From Tubulanus polymorphus (Eukaryota > Animalia > Nemertea): a stretch of DNA of 64,000 nucleotides. The notes under the pieces were generated by a model. That model searched no databases. It was not told where the DNA came from and was given only the letters and a program-made list of their open reading frames with translations. The first letter of the stretch is position 1. Every line of letters begins with the position of its first letter. A program made the translations under genes and the position numbers. Of the stretch, positions 1 to 12,162 are shown one piece after another. The stretch covers positions 14,756,110-14,820,109 of the forward strand of contig NC_134030.1 in NCBI RefSeq assembly GCF_964204645.1. Reading direction: 5' to 3'.

Positions 1-100
1 CATTACCACGTGCGTAATGCAAACGGCAAACAAATTGAATTTTTTAGGCAAATTTCTCTAATGGAATGTTAATTTCTTTTTCATAATTTGCCTTTCTTTT
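1..100. repeat. Interspersed repeat fragment; second copy at 33003-33103
   Basis: cattaccacgtgc..aatgcaaa..caaattgaatttttt..ttgcctttctttt occurs at both sites. Confidence 0.75.
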
Positions 101-169
101 AAGGTTCGTGAAGTTCAATTGAGGAGTGACGAATTGACGAGTGACGAAATTCGTCAATATTAAGGAGAA

Positions 170-1295
170 GTTAGTTTGACGAATTGACGAAATTGACGAA
201 ATCGTATTCTGGGGTTTTTAAGGCACTACAGGGTCCCAGGGGCCTATAACAATATAAGATATGTGATTTAAACGGGTGACCGGGCACGGGCCCGATGGTG
301 ATATGACTAGCAATAACAAAGCTTACGGCAAAGTCGATAGAATCAAAACATATAAAGGCGTCGGCTGACTTCAAATTCATGTATAGGGCCCGGTCCTACT
401 GGTGCTATGACCTATTTTTACCAATCAGTTCGCCGAATATTGTTGGTCAGTCATTCACAACGCTCTTGCGAGTGATCTTATTTCGTCACAACGTATAAAC
501 AAATTTCGTCAATTTTTTCGTCAATTCGTCAATGCTGCTTGATGAATTGACGAAATCATATTGCGGCATTTTTTGGGCACTACAGGATCCCCAGGGGCCT
601 TATAGGATATAGAATACGTGATTTAAACAGGTGACCGGGTGTGGGCCCAATGGTGATATGGAAATCAATAACAAAGGTTACAGCAAAATCTATAGAATCA
701 GATGATATAAAGGCGTCCGTTGACTTCAAATTCGTTGAAAAATCAATCCAAGTCATATAGGGCCCGGTCCTACTGGTGCTATGACCTATTTAAAAGAATC
801 ATGACGTGGAGAATTGTTGGTCAGCCATTCACAACGCTCTTGCGAGTGATCGTATTTCGTCACAACGTATAAACAAATTTCGCCAATTTTTTCGTCAATT
901 CGTCAATGCTGCTTGCAAATTGACGAAATCGACGAAATTGACGAAATCGTAATGTGGCATTTTTGGGCTCTACAGGGTCCCCAGGGGCTGTTTAGGTCAA
1001 AATATACGCGAGCTAAACAGGTGACCGGGCACGGGCCCAATGGTGATATGGCAATCAATAACAATGGTTGGCAAAATCTATAGAATCAGAATATATAAAG
1101 GTGTCCGTTGACTTCAAATTCGTTGCAAAATCAATCCATGTCATATAGGGTCCTATTGGTGCTATGACCTTTCATCGAATCAGTTCGCCGAAAATTGTTT
1201 GGCAGTCATCCACAACGCTCTTACGAGTGATTTTATTTGGTCGAACCGTTGAAAAGAAAATTCGCCAATTCGTCAAGCTGAATTGACGAATTTGA
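170..1295. repeat. Tandem repeat, about 3 diverged units of 355-390 bp
   Basis: ctacagg(g/a)tccc, ggtgaccggg, gacttcaaattc and cacaacgctctt blocks recur with starts near 222, 577 and 966; units are bounded by inverted gacgaaattgacgaa/ttcgtcaattcgtc motifs. Confidence 0.85.
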
Positions 1296-4200
1296 CGATC
1301 GATGAAACCGTTAAAAAATATTTGCGCGATTTGGCTCATGATAAACCCTCCGAAACATATCACCACATTTGCTGCAATGACATAACATTATACAGTATTA
1401 GTCGCGGTAATTTAGGGAATATATTTTTCTCACACTGATCGTCATATTTTTGCTAAAGTTTGGTCAGATGTGGCCTTCACGGGTGCAGGACATCTTCGGT
1501 AGGTGAAGTACCGGTTTTCAAACACCAGTGAAGGACCTGGCCTCCATGGGCACATGTTATCCAAGATCTGCACGGGAGATCAGATACCGTATAATATTTT
1601 AACACAATACCAAAGAACCGAAAAGTTTTTCCTATCATTTATCAAACAAACATGATATAAGTAAATTCAACCGACCAGCCAAATCCAAGTCAAGTTAAAT
1701 AAGAGGCTACAATGTTGGTTTTCACACGAGCAGCAAAATAATCAACTCAAATTCAGTCACGATAAATCCCGTCCTTTGACGGGTTCTTTGCTAGTTTATC
1801 ATACATATTTTACTTTATACTTTTACATTGAATCAAGTTATTCTCTTTTCGTTGCATCTCCATTTGATACTGCAGTATCAACAGCACGAATGTCGTAAAA
1901 TGGAAATGGTTAAAATAGACAGTGTAGTGTTTATGTGCCTGTTTATGCATATCACCAATACAATACAATACAATACAATAAACTTTATAATCAAAAATAC
2001 AGAGAAATTATGGCATTATTTCGGTAGTATACCAAACAATTTCAAGTTCCTAGTAAAAAAGCAGTCAGAAATAAACTGTTGAACATAACACCGATATGGA
2101 CTGATATTACATGCGTGTATCAATTCATTCAATTACTTCATATAAACCCATATATATATCTGCGGTTAACTTTTCTTGTTTTTACCCCGGAATGATAAAA
2201 TGAAGCATTTTCGAAGTCAGAATTCTATTTAAATATATAAATCATATATAAATGTGTTCGTTATCTTGGTGGCGAGGATTTCGAGGACGACGCACTAGCT
2301 CATCAACACTCGCTGACATGTATCGCTACTATTTTATGGGCTTTTTTGGCATAGCGTTACATCTTCCCCTGACCTAGCGACCTTTTAACATGGATCATCT
2401 ATGCAGTGTCCTCTGATCTTCCTCTGCGGCACATGCGTGATTATCTCATTTTGTATCACATGGGAAGATATATTTTACTCTAGATTTTTACATTGAACAA
2501 ATAGTTCTCTTTTCTTTCGAAAGATAATTATGACCGATAGTAATTTTTAACTTTTTCACTCGAAATATGCTCTTATAAAGTTATATGCGTCTAACCGTAT
2601 GATCGATAAGTTTAGTCGTCACAAGCATTGTTTTGGTTCTTGGGACAACTCCAAGGCGAAGAGTGTTTGGGTGCAAGTTGCATTTAATACAGGTAAGTAA
2701 AATCATGCATTTTCAATATCAATGTCCATTTATTGATTGTAACCTTTTTAAACATTAGGTAAATTAACAGGAAATTAAACATTTGAAATACCGATATGCA
2801 TACCTGGCTATGGATGTCAAATAGGAAGTTTCTTTTAAAAAACCAATGTCTTCTTGATTTCGTAAAAAATGTATCGATTATTCTGATTTCGTAACCCTTT
2901 CAAGTCAGAGAAAATTTGCAGTCCCACCTTTTCTATGAATAACTGATAACAATCCTCTAATCAGTTCTTGATTTTTACTGCAATTCATAGAAAAATTTTT
3001 GAAGTAAGAATAAATCATTAAATTTTGTATGTTCGTTTCTCCAGGTCGCTAATTACCCGCCAACTATGATTTTCGTGAAACTATCAGCGCATTCATGTTC
3101 ACAAACCGTATGAAAAATATCGAGAATTGCATGGAGAAAATAGTTCCGGAAAAAGTAAGGTTTGAAGCAAATAATATAATATCTTCTTAATATAATCTCT
3201 TGATCTATAATATCTAATACTAGCTGAATACCCATCCAGTGGACGGCTTTCTCGTTGCGCACATGGGTGCATTTTCCGCTCATCTCCTCCGCATAATCCA
3301 GAGTTCTGCTATTTTTGTATACAAAATACATTCACTTTAATTGGCTGGGAACCGTAGTGCATGCTTCAAATGTTCAGAATTTTTGAACCAATCGACCAAT
3401 AGACCTGTCTGTGGTCTAACCTGTGGTGTAAATTCAACACGGGACATCCGAGAAGATGTATACCAGTGAATGAATGTCTTAACCAAAAAACCCGCAAATC
3501 ACAACTGAAGTACAAATCAGTGTGACAGAACTGTGACATGTACTGTTTTGTTGTGTATCCTAAATCGGTCAGTAAATTACTATAGTATTACTTCATCAGT
3601 ATAGTACGGTACTTAACTGTTAGATGGCGAACACATCTTTTTAACCAAATTTTAGCCTGTATTCGGGCTTTAAATGGATATTGTGACTCCCTCGGACCAC
3701 CAATCTGTTTAAAACATGAAACATCAAATTTGGACACAACACTGAAGATAAATAGTTCATCAAGTGAATAAGAGTTCAGATTGATCCATTGATCAGGGAA
3801 AAAGTTTTAAGTTTTAAGTTTTGGTACTATGAATTAGCGCATATTTTTTTAATGTGCACTGATGACTTAGGGTATCGTGTTACTGTTACTGTGCCTTGCA
3901 AGCTACATTGATTCACTTGAAAACTCCTCCCTTTATGTCATTCAAAGATTCAGCGTTTGAAGTTAATAGCAATCAAATAGCTGCATTAATCAAAGAGGAG
4001 AGCCTTAAACTCATTTTTGACCACAGAAATGAATATATTAGACTGTCTGACAAAAAGGTTGATCCAAATCGGTAGAAAATACGGAAATCCAGAGTTGGCG
4101 CTCCTCACTGCTCTAGACTGCTCCATGGGTTCAGAGATTACTGCCATATCTGATAGATGATAGTCTAGTTTTCAGTTATGTAAAATTCATTTCTCACATT

Positions 4201-4655
4201 TGCAACAATGAATGCGACACGAGAATGATACATAAAAAGGCTACATATGTAGAAACTGGCCAATTTTCGCCTCGCATTAAAATTCCTCCTGATAAACAGC
4301 CACCGTCACAGTCACAGTTTACTGCCAGTATTGCATGCGAAACAAATCATTTGTATCCGAAAATGTAATATCCTCAAAATTTTGAAATTTTCTCCTTTAA
4401 AAACTCTTTAAAAACTCATATCTGGAATGACCGATTTTCTGTCATAGGTTAGAAACACCCAGAACATCAGATTTGATGTTCCGAAGAGTAGGCCTAGTAG
4501 AACATCCACAATCAAACACGGAGAACAGATTTGTACATAGACCAATTAAGGGTTTGTGTTGGCAGCGGGCAGCAATCAAACTCTGTCGAAACCGGACAAC
4601 CAGTGAATGTGTTTCCATTCCTATACATACCACAATTTGAAAAACATCAGTTATA

Positions 4656-4844
4656 AGATAAATGAAGAAATCCCACACTTCGAACTAAATTATACTGATA
4701 GAATTCATGATTATGAAACCACAACGTTTCGGCTGTTGACTAGCAGCCATCATCATTCCACCTGATGATGGCTGGTAGTCAACAGCCGAAACAGTGTGGT
4801 CATAATAATAAATTCTATCAGTATAATTAATTTCGAAGTGTAAG
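4656..4844. repeat. About 200-bp palindrome resembling an inverted Penelope-like pLTR; the right arm continues at 11598-11613 beyond the BEL insertion
   Basis: 4656-4755 is the reverse complement of 4763-4844 joined to 11598-11613. Confidence 0.85.
4758..4799 (+). ncRNA. Minimal type I hammerhead ribozyme motif (degenerate), Penelope-like
   Basis: CCAC-CTGATGA-T-GGCTG(gtagtcaa)CAGCC-GAAA-CAGT-GTGG; the mirror copy on the minus strand (4719-4755) reads TGATGA-T-GGCTG..CAGCC-GAAA-CGTT-GTGG. Confidence 0.65.
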
Positions 4845-5337
4845 TATAAACCACTGCAGACTAAAATCAGCATAAATAGAATGCGTCCATTTGTAATGTC
4901 CTCGTCCAACGAATAACGCAACACATGAAAATCGACGTAACTGAATTCATGGTGTATGATATCTCTTTAATGAGGTCTCAAAGACGATAACGACGATTCA
5001 CTACAAAAATACAACAAGTCAAACTTATTTCAAAACATGACAAAATTTGAATACAATAGTTATTAATTCTTCGTGAAATAACGACTTAGAATAACATTAT
5101 ATTAATGTAAGGATTTTCTTACCGAATTTATGCCCACATGAAATGTGTCTATATCATGACCACACACAAGCTAAACTAGCTCAGAACCTCACCTACACAG
5201 ATATATAAGCTAACCTATACAAAAACTGACCAAGTGTATCCTTATCCTAACAAAATCAGTGAAGCTTACGTAAATACCATACACACAAAACAGGTAGAAT
5301 CACCAGTCCTTAATAAAAGAAACTACACAACCTAACA
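4845..5337 (-). repeat. 3' LTR (493 bp)
   Basis: Near-identical to 11097-11592; I count about 8 substitutions and one 3-bp indel. Confidence 0.95.
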
Positions 5338-5352
5338 TACCCGGCCCCTATA
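5338..5352 (-). other. Polypurine tract
   Basis: Minus strand reads tataggggccgggta immediately before the TGTTAGG start of the 3' LTR, a BEL-type PPT. Confidence 0.8.
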
Positions 5353-5485
5353 TCGGGCACCGAAATAATACTAAACTAATAATAATACTATACTAATGAG
5401 ATATACAATTACAGTAGCATATTAAAGATTATGAATCAAGAAAACTGTTTTACTTGTATTACATCTAACAACCTTACATATTATC

Positions 5486-6805
5486 TCATGTATCAATATC
5501 CATCTCCAAAATGGAAGATAACTTGTGTATCGGTCTTCTCAACACATTACTTTTAGTTTTCACATCCAAGAATCGAACATGCCCATGCGCATCAGGAAAC
5601 GTTTTTACCACTCTGCCAAGTAACCAAGACCCTCGAATGTTGCTTTCAATTAATATAACTATGTCTCCGACGGCTACATTAGTACGCTGTTTACACCATT
5701 TTGCACGACGTTGCACGACGTTTTCAGAGGTGAGCACTGGTGGCAAAGAATCAGCAGAAGGGAACAACAAAACGTCATTAGGTGTAAGAGGACGTAACTC
5801 ACATGGATCATTTGAAGTTCGAGTCAGTGGTAGTGAATTCAAAATGTTCTCCACTTCGCACAATAACGTGCACAAACCTTCGTCATCTAAGTGGAACACT
5901 TGCTCCTTTAGTAAAGAATACATCACTTTTCGCACGGATCTAATGAGCCTTTCCCAAGAACTACCAAATTGAGACGAGGAGGGAGGGTTGAAACGCCAAT
6001 CAATTCCTTCTTGAGCCAATCTTTCAATCAAGATGCTGCGATTCCACTTATCTAACTCATTACGAAGTTCTTTCTCGGCCGCAACGAGATTGGTTCCATT
6101 ATCTGATCGCATTGTTTTGACCTTACCACGCCTAGCCCTAAACCGACGAATGGCATTGATGCATGAATCCATATCAAGCGACGACGCGACCTCTAGATGG
6201 ATAGCTCTACTAGACAGACATGTAAAGATTACACCATAACGTTTAACTCTTGATCTGCCACGCCTGACTTCAAAGGGACCAAAATAGTCAACCCCTGTAT
6301 GTGAAAAAGGGGGATCAGTAGAAACGCGATCTGCAGGGAGGTTCACCATCTTTTGGCTATCCAACAGACCACTATATTTGCGACAATTCACACATGAAAT
6401 GAGCATCTTCACTATCCGATTTGCGCTGATTACCCAATAATCTTCATTCAGTTTAGAAAGTATTGAATTCTTTCCAAGATGTCCAATCAAATTCACGTGA
6501 ACATGTCTGATAATCTTTTCAGCGATACAAGACTTCTTAGGTATGATAACGGGATGCTTCATATTGAACGAGACACGAGCGTTGCGAAGTCTGCCGCCAA
6601 CTCTCAATAGACCACTTCCCGAGTCGATGAACGGATCAATTTTGTACAGGGCGCTGGACTTTTTTTCTGGTTTACCGGCCTTCACCAATACCAACTCATC
6701 GTGGAAGAATTTGCTTTGTTCAGAATTGATAATGATGCTTTCTGCTTCATCCAACGTTGACTTGTCAAGCGTAATGAAGTCCTTATTCTTCAGAGACTTC
6801 CGCAA
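5486..6805 (-). pseudogene. BEL/Pao integrase region (HHCC zinc finger plus DDE core)
   Basis: GLLRVGGRL, HPVIIPK, H..GH..C..C, TGVDYFGPF, SDNGTN, WERLIRS, PLTPN, GRVVKTFPD..G.VR. Confidence 0.93.
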
Positions 6806-9360
6806 AACCCTACCTATCTCGATTTTCCGCTTAGCAGTACTTCCAGCATACTTAAGAGTTGTTGATAATCCAGTTTCTATTATCCTTTACGCTCCATAAC
6901 CTTGAACCGTAAGTAATCTCGAACTTTAAGCAACCGACCAGTGAGACGTTTGGTTTTACTCCAATCCGAACAATGGTTTAGCAAGTTATCGACTACCTTG
7001 CTGGTCGAACTGCAACCCTCCCCCACGCACGAAGACGACACCGCTTTGTTCACCTCTGGTCCATCTTCACACTGTATAGGTGTATCATGAGGCTCTCATG
7101 TTTCAAGAAACCCAGGCCATAAAACCACGTTTCACCATCACATGAGGGATCCATGCTCCTGGAGGCTATATCCACCGGATTGAGGTTTGTACTGACGAAC
7201 CTCCAAACATGCGGATTTGAGATCGCGTGAATGACCGACACGCGATTAGCGACATACGTTTTGAACTGGGTTGAATCGTTCCTTATGTAGCGCAAAACCG
7301 CCATGCTATCGGTCCAAAAAAACACGATCGTGGCTTCCAAGTTGAGCTCTCTCTTAAGCATCGCATGAGTTCGAACACTCATAGTGGCAGCAGCTAGCTC
7401 CAGACGCGGAATCGTTAATTTTTTCAATGGGGCTACTCGAGACTATCCGTATAACAACTGACAATGAGTCTCTCCTTTGTCGTTCGTTAAACGCATATAA
7501 ACTGCAACCCCGAATCCGGACTCAAGCATCACTGAAATAATGTACCTGTTCGTCTACAATTTCACCAAAATTAGCGGGCTTAATGCATCGGGATACGGAC
7601 ATTGATTCAAATCTCGGTATTCCAGCTTTCCATTGCAACCATCTTAGGTAATCGCCAGTTAGCTCAATGTCCCAGTCCATGCCATTTCTACAAACATCCT
7701 GAAGTAGAATTTTTTCAGGTAAGACGTAAGGAGATATGAGGCCAAGCGGATCAAACACTGAACTGATAACAGACAGAACGCCGCGGCGCGTAGGCGGCTT
7801 ATCCTTTATCGATACAGTAAAGCCAAAACTATCGGAATCCAACTGCCACAACACCCCTAACGCACGTTCCTGTGCTGTAGCTGTATTTGCAACTTTCAGG
7901 AATGGCATGAATTACTGACTGATTGTTGCTGACCCATCCAGTAATCCGGAAACCGCCACGCGCGCAAATAGATATTACTTGACGAACGATACGAACCCCA
8001 TCGTTTACTGAGTCAATACTCTTTAAGCAATCGTCCACGTAGAAGTTCCTTTTCCAGCATCCAGAACATCCTCATCGAAACTACTTGCGAAATCTTCTGC
8101 AGTCTGGCGTAAAGCTGTGTTTGCACAACTACCTGAACTTACGGCGCCAAGCAGGTGTACAGTCATACGGTACATCTTGGGTTCGATACTAGTATCACCA
8201 CCAGGCCACCATATAAAACGTAGATAATCTCTGTCTTTTTCAGGAACGCGAACCTGATAATACATCTCAATATCTCCCATCACGGCTATGCTACCCATAC
8301 GAAACCGTAACAACATGCCAAGTAAGTTGCTGGTAAGATCGGGACCCTTAAGCAATAGATCGTTTAATGACACACCCTTCCATTAAGCTCCACAGTCAAA
8401 GACTACTCGCAACTTGGACATCCTGGGATGATACACGCCATGATGGGGAATGTACCACACATGGCCGTCATCACGATTAAGTAAATTCTCCGGTACCAAT
8501 TCTGCGTAGCCGCGTCCTATTATGGTTGCCATGAAATTATTATAATCTGTTCTAAATTTGTCATCTTTGACGAACCTAGCTTGAAGATTTTTTCAATCTT
8601 GATGTAGCCAATTGCTTATTATCAGGCAGTTGAACATCTTGATCACGAAATGGCAAGTCGACCACGTAATGCCCTTCTTCTAGCAACATGGAGCTTTTAA
8701 CCTTCTTTGTGAACAACATATCGTCTTGCGAATATTCCTTTTTTTCATCAACGAAGCCAGACGAGAGACGGCAACCAATTTAGAAGTCATCGAAGATTCA
8801 TAACTCTTAATTCCCCAAGGAATCCAACCTAGGGAAGTACGCGTGACGTGAGGGCTCCCAACAGGCCCTGTAATACTCTCCAAAGGTGTGTATGCTTCTG
8901 TCACATCATTACCAATTAACAATTCCACCTCCGAATCAATGGAAGGCAAGACAATTTCTTGGAGATGCGACCAGCAATTCAAATCGTCTTGGGTAGGAAT
9001 GTGCTCACGTAACACAGGAATCTTATCTTTAGTATATATAACGGGGAAGTCAATGAACGATTTGGCTTCAATGTCCCCTACTTGAATTCCTTTCAAGCAG
9101 AAAGTCTCCAATGATACGACATCACCCATGGTGTTGAGTCTAAACGATTTTTTTCTACCAGTATGACGCAATTTACGCATAAGTGAATCGGAGCAAAAGG
9201 TCCATAAAAGCATATGTATTTACTACGTTCGAGCATCCCATAACACGCACAGAAACCGGTATCATCGAACACTGCATCCGTTGCTGTATCTTTGCTTTCA
9301 GCCTTAACATCTGCAACATCTGTTTTGAACCTTTGAATATGCAACACTGTAGGATGTGCC
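6806..9360 (-). pseudogene. BEL/Pao protease-RT-RNase H region, multiple frameshifts
   Basis: Fragments ELLIG..RTSLGW, WYIPHHGV, MGDIEM, VDDCLKS, LGVLW, SVFDPLG, HYFSDA, TIPRLEL, NPVDIASR. Confidence 0.92.
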
Positions 9361-11081
9361 TTATGACATTTGTTGCACACCGCTCGATTCGAACACACGA
9401 CTTATATGACCAGGTTGCAAGCACCCAAAACATAGCAACTGCTTACGGATGAAATCCTTTCGCTCTCTAAATGGCTTACTTTCAAAGCTACGACAAGATC
9501 GCAAACGATGGTTAACCTTTTTACAAAATATACAAATTTCAACTGATTTCGCGTTATCAACGTTGCCTGAAACTGGTGTAGTATCCGAATTTTCCACGAT
9601 AGAAACGCTCGCGTGACTTAACCAGCTTTTACGCGCGGGAGACGAAATACTCTGAGCAGATGACTTTTTTCGATTGTTGAATAGTGTTTCTCTTCCGTAG
9701 ATCACATCATTAGCTTTTCTAGCTTCTCTACGCACGAAATTTACCAAGTCCTTGAAACATACTAACAACTTCTGATCTCTCTTTTGTACGACTATATTAC
9801 GCCACTTATCATGCATTGAAAACGGAAGCTTCCCCACCAAATGCTTAATATTTTCTGGATACTCTAAAACCTTCAACGCATCGCTGTAATTCACTGCATT
9901 CTCACATTCTGAGAGTAGAATCGCAAATTCATCCAACGATTTCGGTTTATCCAATCGTATTTCGTGCCAACTAAACGCCTTTTGTATGAAAGCATGCGCT
10001 ACAGTGTGCGGGTCACCATAACGTTCCTTTAATTCACGCATGGCCGCTTCATATCCTTTCCATATATCGCTTTCGAGATAACTGTAACCAGTAACAATAC
10101 GGTACGCTTTACCTTGGGTAAACTGCTCCAAGTAACTCATCCGTTCATCGTAATCCGCGCAAACTTGTTCAACTTTCATACGAAACTGCCTCATAAAACG
10201 ATTGTACTCAAGGGGGTCGCCTGCGAACCTTTTAATGTCAACGACTGCTTTCTTGAGCTGATTTATCATCATAGCAACAGGATCAATGCCGACAGTTCCC
10301 CCTTGAAATGAACGACCGACATCATTATTTTCTTGACTCTTTTCGCATGAACGAATAACATTACTATTTCTGTGATAATCGACATTTGGTACGAACGGTG
10401 GTGAAAACGGATTAAGTTTTGGAGTATCATCTTCGGGATATGCGATAGAATCAATAGCTTTAGAACATGCACCGGCCACACGTAATTCGGTTTCTAATTT
10501 TAAGGCTTCTTCTTGCTTCAGACGAAACATGCTTTCCTCTATTTGTTGTTCTTTTTTGAGCGCCTCTTGGCGTTCCTGTATCTCCGCTACCCTCTGCGCT
10601 TCTTTAATTCTCGCTGATATAATCGAACTAGACCGACTCGACACTGAACTTCTGCAAGAACGACTTTCTCCTTTTGCACTCAGCTTACTGACTTCCATAG
10701 CACCTCTCTCCTTAAACCATAGTTCAATTAACAACTTAAACGCACGCATATACTTATCACGTTCATCGTATGACGACTGAAAATATTTTTCCTTTTCTCT
10801 GTCATCGAAAATACCACATAACTCGTCATGCTAGACAAAGAACGATTCATACAACGTCAACCACTCTTTGTAATCCTCGCACACATTTGCAACTGCCACA
10901 TTTTCGTCCTGGATTTTGATACGCAGAAAATCACTTTTTGACGCAGTTCATCATAAACCGAAGTATTACGTTTTTTCAGCGAACTTATTTGAAATTCTCG
11001 TCCCTTTTCGGTAAATGTCTTCTTACTAGCACCACGACCCATTTGGATACCATCAGACAATCTTTCTTCACTCTCATCCAT
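9361..11081 (-). pseudogene. BEL/Pao gag (DUF1759-like plus CCHC knuckles), broken near its 5' end
   Basis: TEKGREFQ N-terminus, F.GDPLEY..F, LKERYG, V.KLP, CIFCKKVNHRLRSC, LCFGCLQPGH. Confidence 0.9.
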
Positions 11082-11096
11082 GGCATTCGTGAATGA

Positions 11097-11592
11097 TATA
11101 AACCACTGCAGACTAAAATCAGCATTAATAGAATGCGTCCATTTGTAATGTCCTCATCCAACGAATAACGCAACACATGAAAATCGACGTAACTGAATTC
11201 ATGGTGTATGATATCTCTTTAATGAGGACTCAAAGACGACGATAACGACGATTCACTACAAAAATACAACAAGTCAAACTTATTTCAAAACATGACAAAA
11301 TTTGAATACAGTAATTAATAATTCTTCGTGAAATAACAACTTAGAATAACATTATATTAATGTAAGGATTTTCTTACCGAATTTATGCCCACATGAAATG
11401 TGTCTATATCATGACCACACACAAGCTAAACTAGCACAGAACCTCACCTACACAGATATATAAGCTAACCTATACAAAAACTGACCAAGTGTATCCTTAT
11501 CCTAACAAAATCAGTGAAGCTTACGTAAATACCATACACACAAAACAGGTAGAATCACCAGTCCTTAATAAAAGAAACTACACAACCTAACA
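11097..11592 (-). repeat. 5' LTR (496 bp)
   Basis: Direct repeat of 4845-5337. Confidence 0.95.
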
Positions 11593-12162
11593 GTAAGATT
11601 TCTTCATTTATCTACAGTTTACACGGATTATAGTGTTTATTCGACTACTATCAGTTAACAGGCATGGAAACACATTGTTAAATCTTATTTATTCAAGAAA
11701 AATGGTGTCTATTTTCTCTGAGACAACCCTTTCGTTGAAGACTTTAAGGCAATCTTTCAATAAAGTGTAAAATGTATCAAAAATCAATGTTTTAGATCAA
11801 CTGCCAGTCCAGGGGTCCCATTAAGACTTATATCAGGTATGTGCCAACATAACTGACTGCGCTAGGCCACCTGATGTCCTCCCAAGTCAAGTAGAACCAA
11901 ACTTTAGCAATAATTCCATATTTCTTGTCATGACGTGACATCTCATCCGGACTGATAATCCAATCTGCAGCTTTTTTGGACCAAATTTGATAATGTTTTT
12001 TTGAACTAGTAAAATCTAATAATGAAAATGATATCTTCTTGATTTCAGCTTGTAACAGTTGAAGATGAGTAAATGTCAAATAAAACGTCCAGCAAGATAC
12101 AACAGTAATGAATTTCTGATCCCAAAAAAAGTATACAAAGTTAAAAGTTAAAAAGGAAGAAA

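Larger units (their letters stand above)
4845..11592 (-). mobile_element. BEL/Pao LTR retrotransposon, full-length, frameshifted
   Basis: Paired LTRs; GTAAG TSD at 4840-4844 and 11593-11597; PPT; gag-PR-RT-RNaseH-IN order with Pao motifs ([48 protein letters not shown]). Confidence 0.96.

Noticed and set aside
2599-3152. Possible 5' exons of PPIG
   Set aside because: Good splice sites but no cyclophilin similarity and an immediate stop when joined; could be UTR or a TE relic
5511-10780. Plus-strand ORFs inside the BEL element
   Set aside because: Antisense shadows of gag-pol with no motifs
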